A stretch of DNA of 46,282 nucleotides from NCBI GenBank assembly GCA_041480755.1, contig JBGPAO010000002.1, positions 1 through 46,282 on the forward strand, written 5' to 3'. Positions 36,964-46,282 of this stretch are shown piece after piece. The stretch comes from Bacteroidia bacterium (lineage in GTDB: Bacteria; Bacteroidota; Bacteroidia; Bacteroidales; SM23-62). Both the position numbers and the translations under genes were made by a program. The notes below the pieces were generated by a model. It was not told the origin of the DNA and made no database searches. It saw nothing but the letters and a program-made list of their open reading frames with translations. Each line of letters opens with the position of its first letter. Positions within the stretch are counted from its first letter, which is position 1.

Positions 36964-39814
36964 GGGCCGAACACGAGCATACCAGATTCCTGTCCCCATA
37001 AGCATCATCAATTCTCGCCACCGAAGGCCAGAATTTGTTGTCAGCGATCCAGGAGAGTGGATAGGCGGCTTTTTCCCTGCTGTAAGTATGGGTCCAGCTC
37101 CCGGAAGCTATCTCTTCAGCGGTATGCGGGGCATTCTTTAGTACATTGTCAGCAGGATCGGCCTTTCCATCTTTTATCTCCATGATTTCGCGATGGATTG
37201 ACATTAGTGCTTCGGCAAACTTGTCAAGCTCATAAAGTGATTCACTCTCGGTTGGTTCTACCATAAGTGTTCCATGAACCGGAAACGAGAGAGTTGGAGC
37301 ATGAAAACCATAGTCCATAAGACGCTTGGCTATGTCTGCTTCGGTGATATCTGCCAGCTGCTTGAAATTCCTGCATTCAAGTATCATTTCATGACCTACA
37401 AATCCATTCTTCCCTGTATAGAGTACGCTGTAATATTCTTTAAGCGAGGCTGCCAGATAATTAGCGTTAAGTATTGCAACGCGCGTAGCATCAGTCAGTC
37501 CACTGCCACCCATAAGCATGATATAGGCATGTGAGATTGTCAGGATCAAAGCGCTTCCCCATGGTGAACCTGATACTGCCGGGATTCCCCTTACGCCACC
37601 TGTCTCAGCCAGCGGGTGGGTCGGGAGAAATTCCACCAGGTGTTCAGCAACAACAACCGGCCCCATGCCCGGACCTCCCCCTCCATGAGGTATGGCAAAA
37701 GTCTTATGAAGATTCAAATGGCAGACATCCGCTCCAATCAGGGCAGGATTTGTCAGTCCCACCTGCGCATTCATATTCGCTCCATCCATATAGACCTGTC
37801 CGCCGCAATCGTGGATAATCTTTATCATATCCCTGATCTGCTCTTCAAAAACACCATGCGTTGAAGGATAAGTGATCATGAATGCCGCCAGGTCAGACTT
37901 ATGTTCCTCTGCCAGAGCCTTCAGGTTATCCAGGTCGACATTTCCTTTCTCATCACATTTAACAACAATAACCTGCATGCCGGCCATTACAGCACTTGCA
38001 GGATTTGTTCCGTGGGCTGAAGACGGGATGAGACAAATATTCCTGTGGTTTTCATTCCGGCTTTCATGATAGGCACGGATGACCAGAAGTCCCGTGTATT
38101 CACCTGCAGCACCCGAATTTGGCATAAACGATATCTCACTGAAACCTGTAATCGTTTTCAGGTCCTTTCCAAGATCATTAATCAGCTCCTGGTATCCTTC
38201 AGCCTGATCTATGGGCACAAATGGATGCAGGTTCCCGAATTCCGGCCAGCTTAATGCGAACATTTCCGCAGCAGCGTTCAGCTTCATTGTGCAAGAACCC
38301 AGTGAGATCATGGAATGAGTAAGAGAGAAATCTCTGCGCTCAAGCTTCTTAATATACCTCATCATTTCAGTCTCGGAATGATACCTGTTGAATACCTTTT
38401 GTTTCATGAATTCCGATGACCTGCGGTTGTCCTTGCTGACAGTGGTTTTGCCAGGATCAAATGAAAGCGGACTGTACTTCCTGCCGACAGGAACAGCAAA
38501 GATCTCAAGGATATCTTTTATATCATTGACTGTCGTTGTTTCATCCAGGCTTAACTGCACCCTGTTATCGTCAGGAAAATGGAAATTTATCTTTCTTTCC
38601 CTTGCAAGCTTTTTAATATACTCTGAATGAACCAGTTGAGGCATTTTAATATTGATGGTGTCAAAGAATTCCTGGTTATCCTGTGAATACCCAAGCTCCC
38701 TGAGTTTTTCAGAAAGCATTACCGTCAGCGAATGAATTCGTGTGGTAATTTTTTTCAATCCATCCGGTCCGTGCCAGGCACCATACATCCCCGACATTAT
38801 CGCCAGAAGCGCTTGTGAAGTGCAAATATTTGAAGTCGCTTTTTCCCGCTTTATATGTTGCTCCCTGGTTTGAAGCGCCATTCGCAGTGCAGGTTTCCCG
38901 TGCCGGTCAATTGAAACTCCAATAATCCTTCCCGGCATACTTCTTTTAAATGTTTCCCTTGTTGCAAAAAAACCTGCATGCGGACCACCGTATCCCATCG
39001 GAAGACCGAATCTTTGTGTTGAGCCGACAACAATATCCGCATTCCATTCCCCGGGAGGCTTAAGCAGTGCCAGACTCAACAAATCGGCAGCAATGCATGA
39101 AACAATATTAAGGGAATGTGCCGATCCCAGGAAGCTGCTGTAATCCATTACTTTCCCGTCAGCCGCCGGATATTGAAGAATTAAACCAAAAAATTTATCA
39201 GTCAGTTTCCATTTCCTCCAGTCATCTGTAACAAGCTCAATATTTAATGGTTTCGACCTTGTTTTAAGGAGATCCAGGGTCTGGGGAAAAATATTTTTGT
39301 CAGCAAAAAATTTATTGGCCCCCCTCTTAATCATTTCACGGGAACGGGCATTGAACATCATTATCATCGCCTCTGCCGCCGCTGTTGGTTCATCCAGCAA
39401 AGATGCATTAGCTATGTCCATCCCGGTCAGTTCCATGATCATCGTCTGGAAATTCAGCAGCGCTTCCAGGCGCCCCTGCGAAATCTCGGCCTGATAAGGC
39501 GTGTATGAAGTATACCATGACGGGTTTTCAAGAATATTTCTCTGGATTACCGGGGGCAGAAAAGTATTATAATAGCCCAAACCAATGTATGTTCTGAATA
39601 ATTTGTTTTTCGCACCAATTGCTCTCAGGTTGTCAAGGTATTCGTATTCGCTCATCCCATCAGGAAGTTTCAACGGCTGTTCATTAAGTATGAAAGCAGG
39701 TATAGTTTTCCTGATAAGTTCGTCCATTGATTGAACTCCGATCTTTTTGAGCATCCGCGGTATTTCTGATTCCCTCGGGCCAAGATGCCTGCTCGAAAAA
39801 TCTGTTGATGACAT
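36953..39814 (-). CDS. gcvP: Glycine dehydrogenase (aminomethyl-transferring), single-chain P protein
   Basis: The full length resembles GcvP (FSSRHLGP, SYTPYQAEISQGRLEALLNFQ, the PLP-lysine region CHLNLHKTFAIPHGGGGPG, and YGDRNLVCSC near the C-terminus). I prefer the start MSSTDFSSRHLG at 39814 to the upstream ATG at 39895. Confidence 0.92.
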   Translation of the reverse strand: MSSTDFSSRHLGPRESEIPRMLKKIGVQSMDELIRKTIPAFILNEQPLKLPDGMSEYEYLDNLRAIGAKNKLFRTYIGLGYYNTFLPPVIQRNILENPSWYTSYTPYQAEISQGRLEALLNFQTMIMELTGMDIANASLLDEPTAAAEAMIMMFNARSREMIKRGANKFFADKNIFPQTLDLLKTRSKPLNIELVTDDWRKWKLTDKFFGLILQYPAADGKVMDYSSFLGSAHSLNIVSCIAADLLSLALLKPPGEWNADIVVGSTQRFGLPMGYGGPHAGFFATRETFKRSMPGRIIGVSIDRHGKPALRMALQTREQHIKREKATSNICTSQALLAIMSGMYGAWHGPDGLKKITTRIHSLTVMLSEKLRELGYSQDNQEFFDTINIKMPQLVHSEYIKKLARERKINFHFPDDNRVQLSLDETTTVNDIKDILEIFAVPVGRKYSPLSFDPGKTTVSKDNRRSSEFMKQKVFNRYHSETEMMRYIKKLERRDFSLTHSMISLGSCTMKLNAAAEMFALSWPEFGNLHPFVPIDQAEGYQELINDLGKDLKTITGFSEISFMPNSGAAGEYTGLLVIRAYHESRNENHRNICLIPSSAHGTNPASAVMAGMQVIVVKCDEKGNVDLDNLKALAEEHKSDLAAFMITYPSTHGVFEEQIRDMIKIIHDCGGQVYMDGANMNAQVGLTNPALIGADVCHLNLHKTFAIPHGGGGPGMGPVVVAEHLVEFLPTHPLAETGGVRGIPAVSGSPWGSALILTISHAYIMLMGGSGLTDATRVAILNANYLAASLKEYYSVLYTGKNGFVGHEMILECRNFKQLADITEADIAKRLMDYGFHAPTLSFPVHGTLMVEPTESESLYELDKFAEALMSIHREIMEIKDGKADPADNVLKNAPHTAEEIASGSWTHTYSREKAAYPLSWIADNKFWPSVARIDDAYGDRNLVCSCSALEA

Positions 39815-39940
39815 TAGAATTGGTTTAATAGTTATAATAATTTTCAGGATTTTGTGGCTTATTTCGTAAAATACGAATGAGCCCAAATATAGCATTAAGT
39901 TTTATTCGGGCTGAGAATTTTGATATGTTGAAAAATACAT

Positions 39941-40579
39941 TCAAATAAGAAATGGATTGTTTCTGCTTTCTTCTGCAACTGTTGTCTCAGGCCCATGACC
40001 TGGATAAATGACAGTGGCCGGCTCAAGGGTAAGCAGCTTTTCCCTGATACTTTTAACCAGCAGGTTATGATTACCTCCCGGCAGATCAGATCTTCCGATG
40101 CTTCCCTGGAACAGCGTATCTCCAGTAAATGCAATTTTTTCCTGGCGGCAGAAAAGTGAAATGCCCCCGGGGGAATGTCCTGGTATATGAAGCACACTAA
40201 ACTCCGATTCACCAAACTTAACAGAGTCTCCTTCCTCAACAAAAGTATCAGGTTCAACAGGATCGCCTGATTCAAGGCCAAAAAACGCACTCTGCTGTGC
40301 AGCATTGGCCAGTAAAGGAAGTTCAAGTTTGTGCACCAGGAGAGGTATTGAATAAGTATTCTTTATAAATGCACAGCCCAGGATATGGTCGATATGACAA
40401 TGAGTGTTAATAATCTTCACTGGCGTAAGACCCCACTTTGTCAGCATAGATTTCAGCATATCCCGCTCCCTCGTATTTTCACAGCCCGGATCAATTATAA
40501 TGCATTCGCCTGTATCATCTGAGGCTACATAGGTATTTTCACGGAACGGATTAAAAACGAGAATCCTTACATTGATCAT
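39941..40579 (-). CDS. MBL-fold metallo-hydrolase (glyoxalase II-like)
   Basis: It has the HxHxDH motif (THCHIDHILG), later metal ligands (HIPGHSPG, GDTLF) and a terminal YPGHGP. Confidence 0.8.
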   Translation of the reverse strand: MINVRILVFNPFRENTYVASDDTGECIIIDPGCENTRERDMLKSMLTKWGLTPVKIINTHCHIDHILGCAFIKNTYSIPLLVHKLELPLLANAAQQSAFFGLESGDPVEPDTFVEEGDSVKFGESEFSVLHIPGHSPGGISLFCRQEKIAFTGDTLFQGSIGRSDLPGGNHNLLVKSIREKLLTLEPATVIYPGHGPETTVAEESRNNPFLI

Positions 40580-40597
40580 CAGCCTGAAATTATAGGT

Positions 40598-41242
40598 TCA
40601 ACCTTCAGTACCCTTTAGTAACGGGACAAAAACAAATGCACCATGGCTTGTTTTTTTATATTCTGTATCTGATTCTTTGACAATTTTTATCATTGATTGA
40701 GAAAACCGTCCGCCAACCGGAACAACGACTATCCCTCCGATCCTCAATTGCTGAAGCAGTTTTTCAGGGACCTTGTCTGCTGCCGCCGTAATCAGTATTT
40801 TATCATACGGACCATATGCAGGCTTCCCTTCCATCCCGTCGCCGAAAAAGAAATGTGGTTTATACCCGAGCTGCCCCAGAAGGTCCTGTGCCTTAAGAAA
40901 TAGTTCCCGCTGGCGTTCAATGGTGTAAACCCGTGCACCCAATTCAAGCAATATTGCTGTTTGATAACCCGAACCGGTACCGATCTCAAGGATCTTATCA
41001 TTAGACTTAATCTCAAGAAGCTCAGTCTGAAAAGCTACAGTATAAGGTTGGGAAATGGTCTGCCCGGCCCCGATCGGGAAGGCCTGGTCCTGGTATGAAA
41101 AATTAATAAAACTGCTGTCCATAAAAAGATGACGGGGCACCGTATTGATGGCATTGAGTACATTTTCATCTGTAATGCCTTTACTCCTAACTGTTTCGAC
41201 CAGCTTCCTGCGCAAACCTTTATGCCTGAATGTGTCTTCCAT
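40598..41242 (-). CDS. pcm: Protein-L-isoaspartate O-methyltransferase
   Basis: It has GQTISQPYTVA and the SAM motif ILEIGTGSGYQTAIL. The start at MEDTFRHKG is chosen by analogy; the ORF extends to 41281. Confidence 0.85.
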   Translation of the reverse strand: MEDTFRHKGLRRKLVETVRSKGITDENVLNAINTVPRHLFMDSSFINFSYQDQAFPIGAGQTISQPYTVAFQTELLEIKSNDKILEIGTGSGYQTAILLELGARVYTIERQRELFLKAQDLLGQLGYKPHFFFGDGMEGKPAYGPYDKILITAAADKVPEKLLQQLRIGGIVVVPVGGRFSQSMIKIVKESDTEYKKTSHGAFVFVPLLKGTEG

Positions 41243-41334
41243 ATTGATCATCATGACGCAGTACAAATTTAACTTTATCAACAGAATTTGTCCAGTAGTT
41301 GAAAAAAAAATAAAATTAAGGTCGCTAAATGGTA

Positions 41335-41342
41335 TAAGTTTG
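41335..41342 (+). promoter_or_regulatory. Putative -7 box (TAAGTTTG) upstream of ORF 41361..42275
   Basis: It is a perfect TAnnTTTG, 18 nt before the ATG. There is no -33 TTTG at the proper spacing. Confidence 0.3.
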
Positions 41343-41360
41343 CAAAAACTCTGATTATTA

Positions 41361-42275
41361 ATGATTAAAGTCGGATTAATTGATAATGCATCTGATTCAG
41401 ATATTTATGCAGATGCAATCAGCCGATCCCATGATTTTTCTTTGTCGGGACTTTATCATCTTCAGCCTGTGGAATCCTCAGGGGAGAGTATTCAGACAGA
41501 CATTTCCCGGCTGAAAGAATACAGAGAGTTTTTGAATAATTCCGAAGCCCTGATCTTCCCAAGAATAACCGCTGAGGTACATAATCTTATTATCCTCGCT
41601 TTAAAGCATTCCAGGCACATACTTGCAGGCAATCCTCTGAATCTTGATTACGAATCTGTCGATCATTTATTTAAACTTTCTGAGGAAGCCAATGTCATAT
41701 TCAAGGTAATACAGACAGTGCAGTACCATTCTGCCATGCAGGCTGCCCTTGAATATATAAGGAATCCTGTCCTGCTTGAAATCCGAAATGAATCCGCAGA
41801 TATCTCTGAGCCTTTAATTGATTCAATTCATAAGTGCGTACAACCTGCAGTTTGCATTAACCAGACAGGCATGAAGAAAGTGCAGGCAGTAAGTATTCCT
41901 ATGAATAACGGCCTTCCTGATGTAATAAATGCGAGGATCGAATTCGATAATGGCTGTGTGGCTAACGTAACGTCCAGCAGGTACGCAAAAGCAGACAGGT
42001 TTATCTGCAGGGTACACCAGGCAAACCAGCATATTGATATTGACTTTGCCGCCTGCCAGGTGAGCTTCGCCGGGTTCGAAGATTCAAAACGTAACCTGTC
42101 ATCCGGACTGATAAATGTTTCAGGGAACCATCCATTGGATGACGAATTATCCGGTTTCGCAGAAAATATACTTACAAATACTTTCCATCTGAGTCAATCT
42201 GAAAGCGGCTACCAGACTTATTTCATCTCCCGAAAGATCCTTGAGAAAATCTGTCATGATCTGTATCCAGCCTGA
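41361..42275 (+). CDS. Gfo/Idh/MocA-like oxidoreductase-fold protein lacking a canonical dinucleotide-binding glycine motif
   Basis: It starts MIKVGLIDNASDSD where this family has GxGxxG. The overall length and the beta-alpha pattern resemble Gfo/Idh/MocA proteins. The assignment is tentative. Confidence 0.4.
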   Translation: MIKVGLIDNASDSDIYADAISRSHDFSLSGLYHLQPVESSGESIQTDISRLKEYREFLNNSEALIFPRITAEVHNLIILALKHSRHILAGNPLNLDYESVDHLFKLSEEANVIFKVIQTVQYHSAMQAALEYIRNPVLLEIRNESADISEPLIDSIHKCVQPAVCINQTGMKKVQAVSIPMNNGLPDVINARIEFDNGCVANVTSSRYAKADRFICRVHQANQHIDIDFAACQVSFAGFEDSKRNLSSGLINVSGNHPLDDELSGFAENILTNTFHLSQSESGYQTYFISRKILEKICHDLYPA

Positions 42276-42353
42276 AATGGAATTCTCCTGATTTTTGTCT
42301 AACTTCATGGCATCATAAATTCATTCTGATTTATTTCACTTAATAATTAATAG

Positions 42354-43769
42354 GTGAATAAAAAACATTACGCGATTCGCTACCTCCTTTCTGATATTGG
42401 TGCCGCAGCTCTGAGTTGGTCATTATTTTATATTTACCGGAAAACCCTTTTAGAACCGCATATTTTTGGTTACAAAATACCCCTCGACCTTGGACTTAAT
42501 TTCTTCCTTGGAATTATGATAATACCACTATTCTGGGCCGCTTTGTATTATCTGTCAGGTTTTTATAGGGATCCTTTTCACAAATCGCGGTTAGATGAAT
42601 TCGGTCAGACCTTTATATTCAGCATTGTTGGAGTTACCATATTATTCTTTGCTCTCATTCTAGATGATGTCATTGTTTCTTATAAAAATTATTATTCATC
42701 TTTCCTGGTGCTTTTTTTATTGTATTTCATACTGACATATATACCAAGGTATATCATTACCGCCAGTACAGAAAAGAAAATCAGGAAGAAAATCATCACA
42801 TTCAATACTCTCCTGGTTGGAAGCAGTGATAAGGCGTTTGAAATATATTCAGAGCTTGAGCGTCCGGAATCAGCTGCCGGCAATAAGATTATCGGGTTTG
42901 TTCCGGTAGGAGACGGAAAGAAAAATCAGCTTGACCTTTATATACCTCAACTGGGAGCGTTTTCAGATCTGAAAAAGATAGTAAGAAAAAACAACGTTGA
43001 AGAAGTCATTATCGCTCTCGAATCATCAGAGCATCAGGAGATTAACAAGATAATAAATGTCCTTCACGAGTGCAGCGTAATAATTAAAGCTATACCTGAT
43101 CTTCATGATATACTGACCGGGAAAGTCAAGATAGAAACAATCTACGGGGCACCACTGATAACCATTTCCCGTGAACTGATGCCTCACTGGCAGTACAACC
43201 TTAAAAGAATTATAGACATTTTATTCTCAGTCCTTGTATTAATACTTTTAAGCCCTTTAATATTGTTCATAATCATTGGCATAAAAGCTACCTCGAAAGG
43301 CCCGGTATTTTTAAAGCAGGAAAGAATCGGCCGTTATGGGAAACCTTTTATACTTTATAAATTTCGTTCCATGTGTGAGAATGCTGAAACAAATGGACCT
43401 GAACTGACAAAAAAGAATGATCCCCGCCTGACATCATTTGGCCGTTTCCTGAGGAGAAGAAAACTAGACGAGATTCCTAACTTCCGGAATGTGATTAAGG
43501 GTGAAATGTCATTGGTCGGCCCGCGGCCTGAAAGGCAATTCTTTATCGATAAGATCGTCAAAAAGGCACCCCATTATGTACATCTTCATAAAGTCAAGCC
43601 CGGCATTACCTCATGGGGGCAGGTTAGGTTCGGTTATGCTGAGAACGTTGAACAGATGATCAAGCGACTGGAATTCGACCTGATTTACATAGAAAACATG
43701 TCGCTTTTTGTCGACTTCCAGATCATGATTTATACCATTGTAAAGATCTTCAGCGGAAAGCATGTTTAA
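42354..43769 (+). CDS. Polyprenyl-phosphate hexose-1-phosphate transferase (WbaP/EPS priming sugar transferase family)
   Basis: It has four or five N-terminal TM helices, a central Rossmann-like segment, and the C-terminal bacterial sugar transferase domain (KRIIDILFSVLVLILLSPL, YKFRSM, DEIPNF, MSLVGPRP). It has a GTG start. Confidence 0.85.
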   Translation: MNKKHYAIRYLLSDIGAAALSWSLFYIYRKTLLEPHIFGYKIPLDLGLNFFLGIMIIPLFWAALYYLSGFYRDPFHKSRLDEFGQTFIFSIVGVTILFFALILDDVIVSYKNYYSSFLVLFLLYFILTYIPRYIITASTEKKIRKKIITFNTLLVGSSDKAFEIYSELERPESAAGNKIIGFVPVGDGKKNQLDLYIPQLGAFSDLKKIVRKNNVEEVIIALESSEHQEINKIINVLHECSVIIKAIPDLHDILTGKVKIETIYGAPLITISRELMPHWQYNLKRIIDILFSVLVLILLSPLILFIIIGIKATSKGPVFLKQERIGRYGKPFILYKFRSMCENAETNGPELTKKNDPRLTSFGRFLRRRKLDEIPNFRNVIKGEMSLVGPRPERQFFIDKIVKKAPHYVHLHKVKPGITSWGQVRFGYAENVEQMIKRLEFDLIYIENMSLFVDFQIMIYTIVKIFSGKHV

Positions 43770-43801
43770 TAACGCATTGTGATGATTACCGTTATTTTTT
43801 T
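43768..43801 (+). terminator. Weak hairpin plus T-run after the sugar transferase gene
   Basis: The sequence is AATAACG-15 nt-CGTTATT followed by TTTTT. The stem is AT-rich, the loop is long, and it overlaps the thpR 3' end. Confidence 0.25.
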
Positions 43802-44355
43802 AAGAGCGGCAGGCTTATTATCGGCATATACAATGGTCCTTCGGGCTTAAGAATACTCTCATAATAGATCAGCTCATTGATGGATTCCTTTTGAACTTCC
43901 TGATCTTTATACAGGTTTATTGCTTCTTCCAGTGCAGAAATGTTTTTCATCCATTTAATCCGTCCAAGTGTCAGATGAGGCCTGAATTCCCTTGTCTCTT
44001 TTTCAAATCCGAATCGTGATAACTCATTATCCAGGTTTGCCTTGACACTTTGCATTACAGGATTTGTTTCAGTTCCTATCCAGATCACCCTCGGATCACG
44101 AAGATTCCTGAAAATGCCGGCACCCCTGAATATCAGCTCAAACGGAGGATGGTTGAGTGATATTTGTTTTATTGCATCAGAAACGGAGGGGATTATTTTC
44201 TCATCGGTATCTCCCAGAAATGCAATTGTTATATGCATAATTCCAGGATCAACCCATTTGATTTTTTCCTGCGACAGGCTTTGTTTGAAATAATCCAGGA
44301 TCTCCCGCATTTTCTCACCTGGATGGATCTTAATTGCAATAAAAGTCCTTTTCAT
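43792..44355 (-). CDS. thpR: RNA 2',3'-cyclic phosphodiesterase (2H family, ThpR/LigT)
   Basis: It has two H-x-T-x motifs (HITIAF and HLTLGR). I prefer the start MKRTFIAIKI at 44355, directly after the upstream gene's stop codon. Confidence 0.85.
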   Translation of the reverse strand: MKRTFIAIKIHPGEKMREILDYFKQSLSQEKIKWVDPGIMHITIAFLGDTDEKIIPSVSDAIKQISLNHPPFELIFRGAGIFRNLRDPRVIWIGTETNPVMQSVKANLDNELSRFGFEKETREFRPHLTLGRIKWMKNISALEEAINLYKDQEVQKESINELIYYESILKPEGPLYMPIISLPLLKK

Positions 44356-44356
44356 T

Positions 44357-44956
44357 TTATAGCTGTCCGTGTTCAATTTGCAGGACAATTTCCTCAATCA
44401 GCCTGTCTTCTCCAAAAGGATCATAATCCAGTTTAAGGTTAGATCCAAACAGCCTGGCAAGTGCCTGCCAGAAAAAAGCAGTGAATTTGCCCCTGTAGAG
44501 CTCGAGTATTTCATAAGAAGTATCCCCGGTTTCCCTGTAAACAAGTTTAACAAGAATTTTACCCTGGGTGACCGTTAATTTTTTTATTTCTTCTGTATAA
44601 TTATCGAGAAGATCTTTTTCTACCTGTTTTAAATATTCATTTTGTTCCTTTTCTGTTGTAAGGGTAAGCAAATGATCATTTACATCCTGCATCATCTGGC
44701 CTGCCAGTTTTGCCCATGGATAAGCTTTCTTAACATTCAGGATCAACCTGTTATACTTTCTTTTCTGGTGTAAGTTTTCAAAAGTCTTCTCCGGGAAAAT
44801 ATACACTTCGTCCAGATCAGCAACCCAGATGGTATCACCATTGATTATTTCAGCCCTGGCTACATAAATATCGTTGGATGTTTTCACCGAATCCTGGGCA
44901 TGACTTACCAGGCTGAAGAGCATTAACCAAACGGGTATAATCGCTTTTTTAAACAT
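44357..44956 (-). CDS. Secreted hypothetical protein (resembles the Bacteroidota DUF4294 family)
   Basis: It has a signal peptide (MFKKAIIPVWLMLFSLVSHAQ). The conserved-looking core is LTVTQGKILVKLVYRETGDTSYEILELYRG...FWQALARLFGSNLKLDYDP. The family name is from memory. Confidence 0.55.
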   Translation of the reverse strand: MFKKAIIPVWLMLFSLVSHAQDSVKTSNDIYVARAEIINGDTIWVADLDEVYIFPEKTFENLHQKRKYNRLILNVKKAYPWAKLAGQMMQDVNDHLLTLTTEKEQNEYLKQVEKDLLDNYTEEIKKLTVTQGKILVKLVYRETGDTSYEILELYRGKFTAFFWQALARLFGSNLKLDYDPFGEDRLIEEIVLQIEHGQL

Positions 44957-45073
44957 TCAAAATTATTTACACCTGATAAAACAACTTCTGTGCCATAATC
45001 TGAACGGAAATGTAAATGGGAATATTTTATGGTTCAGAGGTATTCAATAAAAGGATTCTGCGGCTGGGCGGAA

Positions 45074-46261
45074 TTAAAAAGAACTCTTTACAAGATCGGC
45101 AGCTTCCTGGAGTGAAACAGCAGTTAATACTTTCAGTCCCGATTCATCTAACAGTGATCTGCCTTCCTGTGCATTAGTTCCTTCAAGTCTTACTATAACC
45201 GGTACAGAGATATTGCCGACCGATTTATAGGCATCCACAACGCCCTGTGCAACTCTGTCGCATCTGACAATGCCGCCAAAAATATTAATTAATATTGCTT
45301 TTACATTCTGATCCCTGAGTATGATCCGGAATCCTGCTTCAACAGTGCTTGCATTTGCCGAACCGCCCACGTCCAGGAAATTGGCCGGTTCTCCGCCTGA
45401 TAATTTAATGATATCCATGGTAGCCATGGCAAGGCCGGCACCGTTAACCATGCAGCCGACATTTCCATTAAGTTTGATGAAATTCAGGTTATACTTTCCT
45501 GCTTCCACTTCCGATTCATCTTCTTCAGTTATATCACGCATTGCAGCATAATCAGGATGCCTGAACAGCGCATTGTCATCAAGTTTGATTTTCGCATCTG
45601 CCGCCAGGATCATGTTATCGGATGTTTTAACTACCGGATTTATCTCAATAAGTGATGCATCGGCTCCAATGTATGCATCATAAAGGGCATTCAGAAACTT
45701 TATCATTCTCTTAAACGGTTCCCCATCCAGGCCCAGGTTATAGGATATCCGGCGTGCCTGAAATGGCTGAAATCCAATTGACGGATCTATTTCTTCCCGG
45801 TAAATCAGTTGGGGTGTTTTTGCCGCAACACTCTCTATATCCATGCCTCCTTCAGTGGAATACATAAATGTATTCCTGCTGGTCGCTCTGTTCAGTAAAA
45901 GGCTGATATAGAATTCGCGGATATCGGTTTCTCCCTCATAATAAATCCCCTTTTCAATAAGAACTTTGGATACTTTTTTCCCTTCCGGGCCTGTCTGGTG
46001 AGTCACCAGGTTCATCCCAATAATCTCACCGGCGTAATCACTGACCTGCTGTATGGTTTTTGCAATCTTCACACCTCCTCCTTTGCCTCTCCCGCCTGCA
46101 TGTATCTGTGCCTTAACTGCCCAGGTCTGAGTACCGGTTGATTCCTGGATCTGCCTTGCAGCATTGACTGCTTCTTCTGGAGAAACAGCCACAATTCCTG
46201 GCGGAACAGGGACTCCAAATTGTTTAAGAATTAATTTTGCCTGGTATTCGTGAATGTTCAT
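45074..46261 (-). CDS. sucC: Succinate--CoA ligase (ADP-forming) beta subunit
   Basis: It has the MNIHEYQAKLILKQFGVPVP start, an ATP-grasp domain, and the C-terminal GGIVRCD and NIFGGI motifs. Confidence 0.95.
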   Translation of the reverse strand: MNIHEYQAKLILKQFGVPVPPGIVAVSPEEAVNAARQIQESTGTQTWAVKAQIHAGGRGKGGGVKIAKTIQQVSDYAGEIIGMNLVTHQTGPEGKKVSKVLIEKGIYYEGETDIREFYISLLLNRATSRNTFMYSTEGGMDIESVAAKTPQLIYREEIDPSIGFQPFQARRISYNLGLDGEPFKRMIKFLNALYDAYIGADASLIEINPVVKTSDNMILAADAKIKLDDNALFRHPDYAAMRDITEEDESEVEAGKYNLNFIKLNGNVGCMVNGAGLAMATMDIIKLSGGEPANFLDVGGSANASTVEAGFRIILRDQNVKAILINIFGGIVRCDRVAQGVVDAYKSVGNISVPVIVRLEGTNAQEGRSLLDESGLKVLTAVSLQEAADLVKSSF

Positions 46262-46282
46262 GAGTATGATATCCAGTTTAGG

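Noticed and set aside
39815-39940. A possible glycine riboswitch in the gcvP leader.
   Set aside because: The region lacks the conserved glycine-aptamer cores (GGAGAG...ACCGAAGGGGCAA-type). It contains only a 9-bp hairpin (AGCCCGAAT / ATTTGGGCT on the minus strand) and one TATATTTG box (39884..39891, minus strand) with no -33 element.

Overview
The window looks like a chromosomal segment of a Bacteroidota bacterium. Evidence for that assignment: a T9SS C-terminal sorting domain, a MurF-Alr fusion, a TonB-receptor/DUF4249 pair, and TAnnTTTG -7 boxes. It is densely packed with housekeeping genes. Envelope and glycan genes include a 5'-partial lpxL-family acyltransferase, a methyltransferase, a GT2-GT4 fusion with a degenerate GT2 paralog, murF/alr, ddl, an LptF/G permease, a WbaP-like priming transferase, and a GT-C/TPR giant protein with a UGM-like flavoenzyme. 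Replication and repair genes are dnaB, rmuC, ssb and tdk. RNA modification and translation genes are rsmI, rsmG, rluD, tgt, thpR and rpmH; rpmH is missing from the ORF track and was found by hand. Metabolism genes are ispE, an acyl-CoA carboxyltransferase with a BCCP, gcvP, sucC, pcm and an MBL hydrolase. An accessory-looking block at about 30.6-35.9 kb carries a frameshifted TonB-dependent receptor, a truncated DUF4249 lipoprotein gene and a 5'-truncated large-protein remnant. The most unusual signal is non-coding. Three intergenic loci (27.66-28.05 kb, 29.07-29.18 kb, 36.35-36.96 kb) consist of tandem arrays with strict 7-nt periodicity. Two of these loci share exact terminal motifs and an inverted AGAGC/GCTCT array architecture. 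One of the two encloses a four-helix-bundle (23S-rRNA-IVS / Avd-like) gene and the other is gene-less. I found no tRNA, rRNA, CRISPR, transposase or integrase. All calls come from reading the translations and the DNA by eye; no database search was possible.
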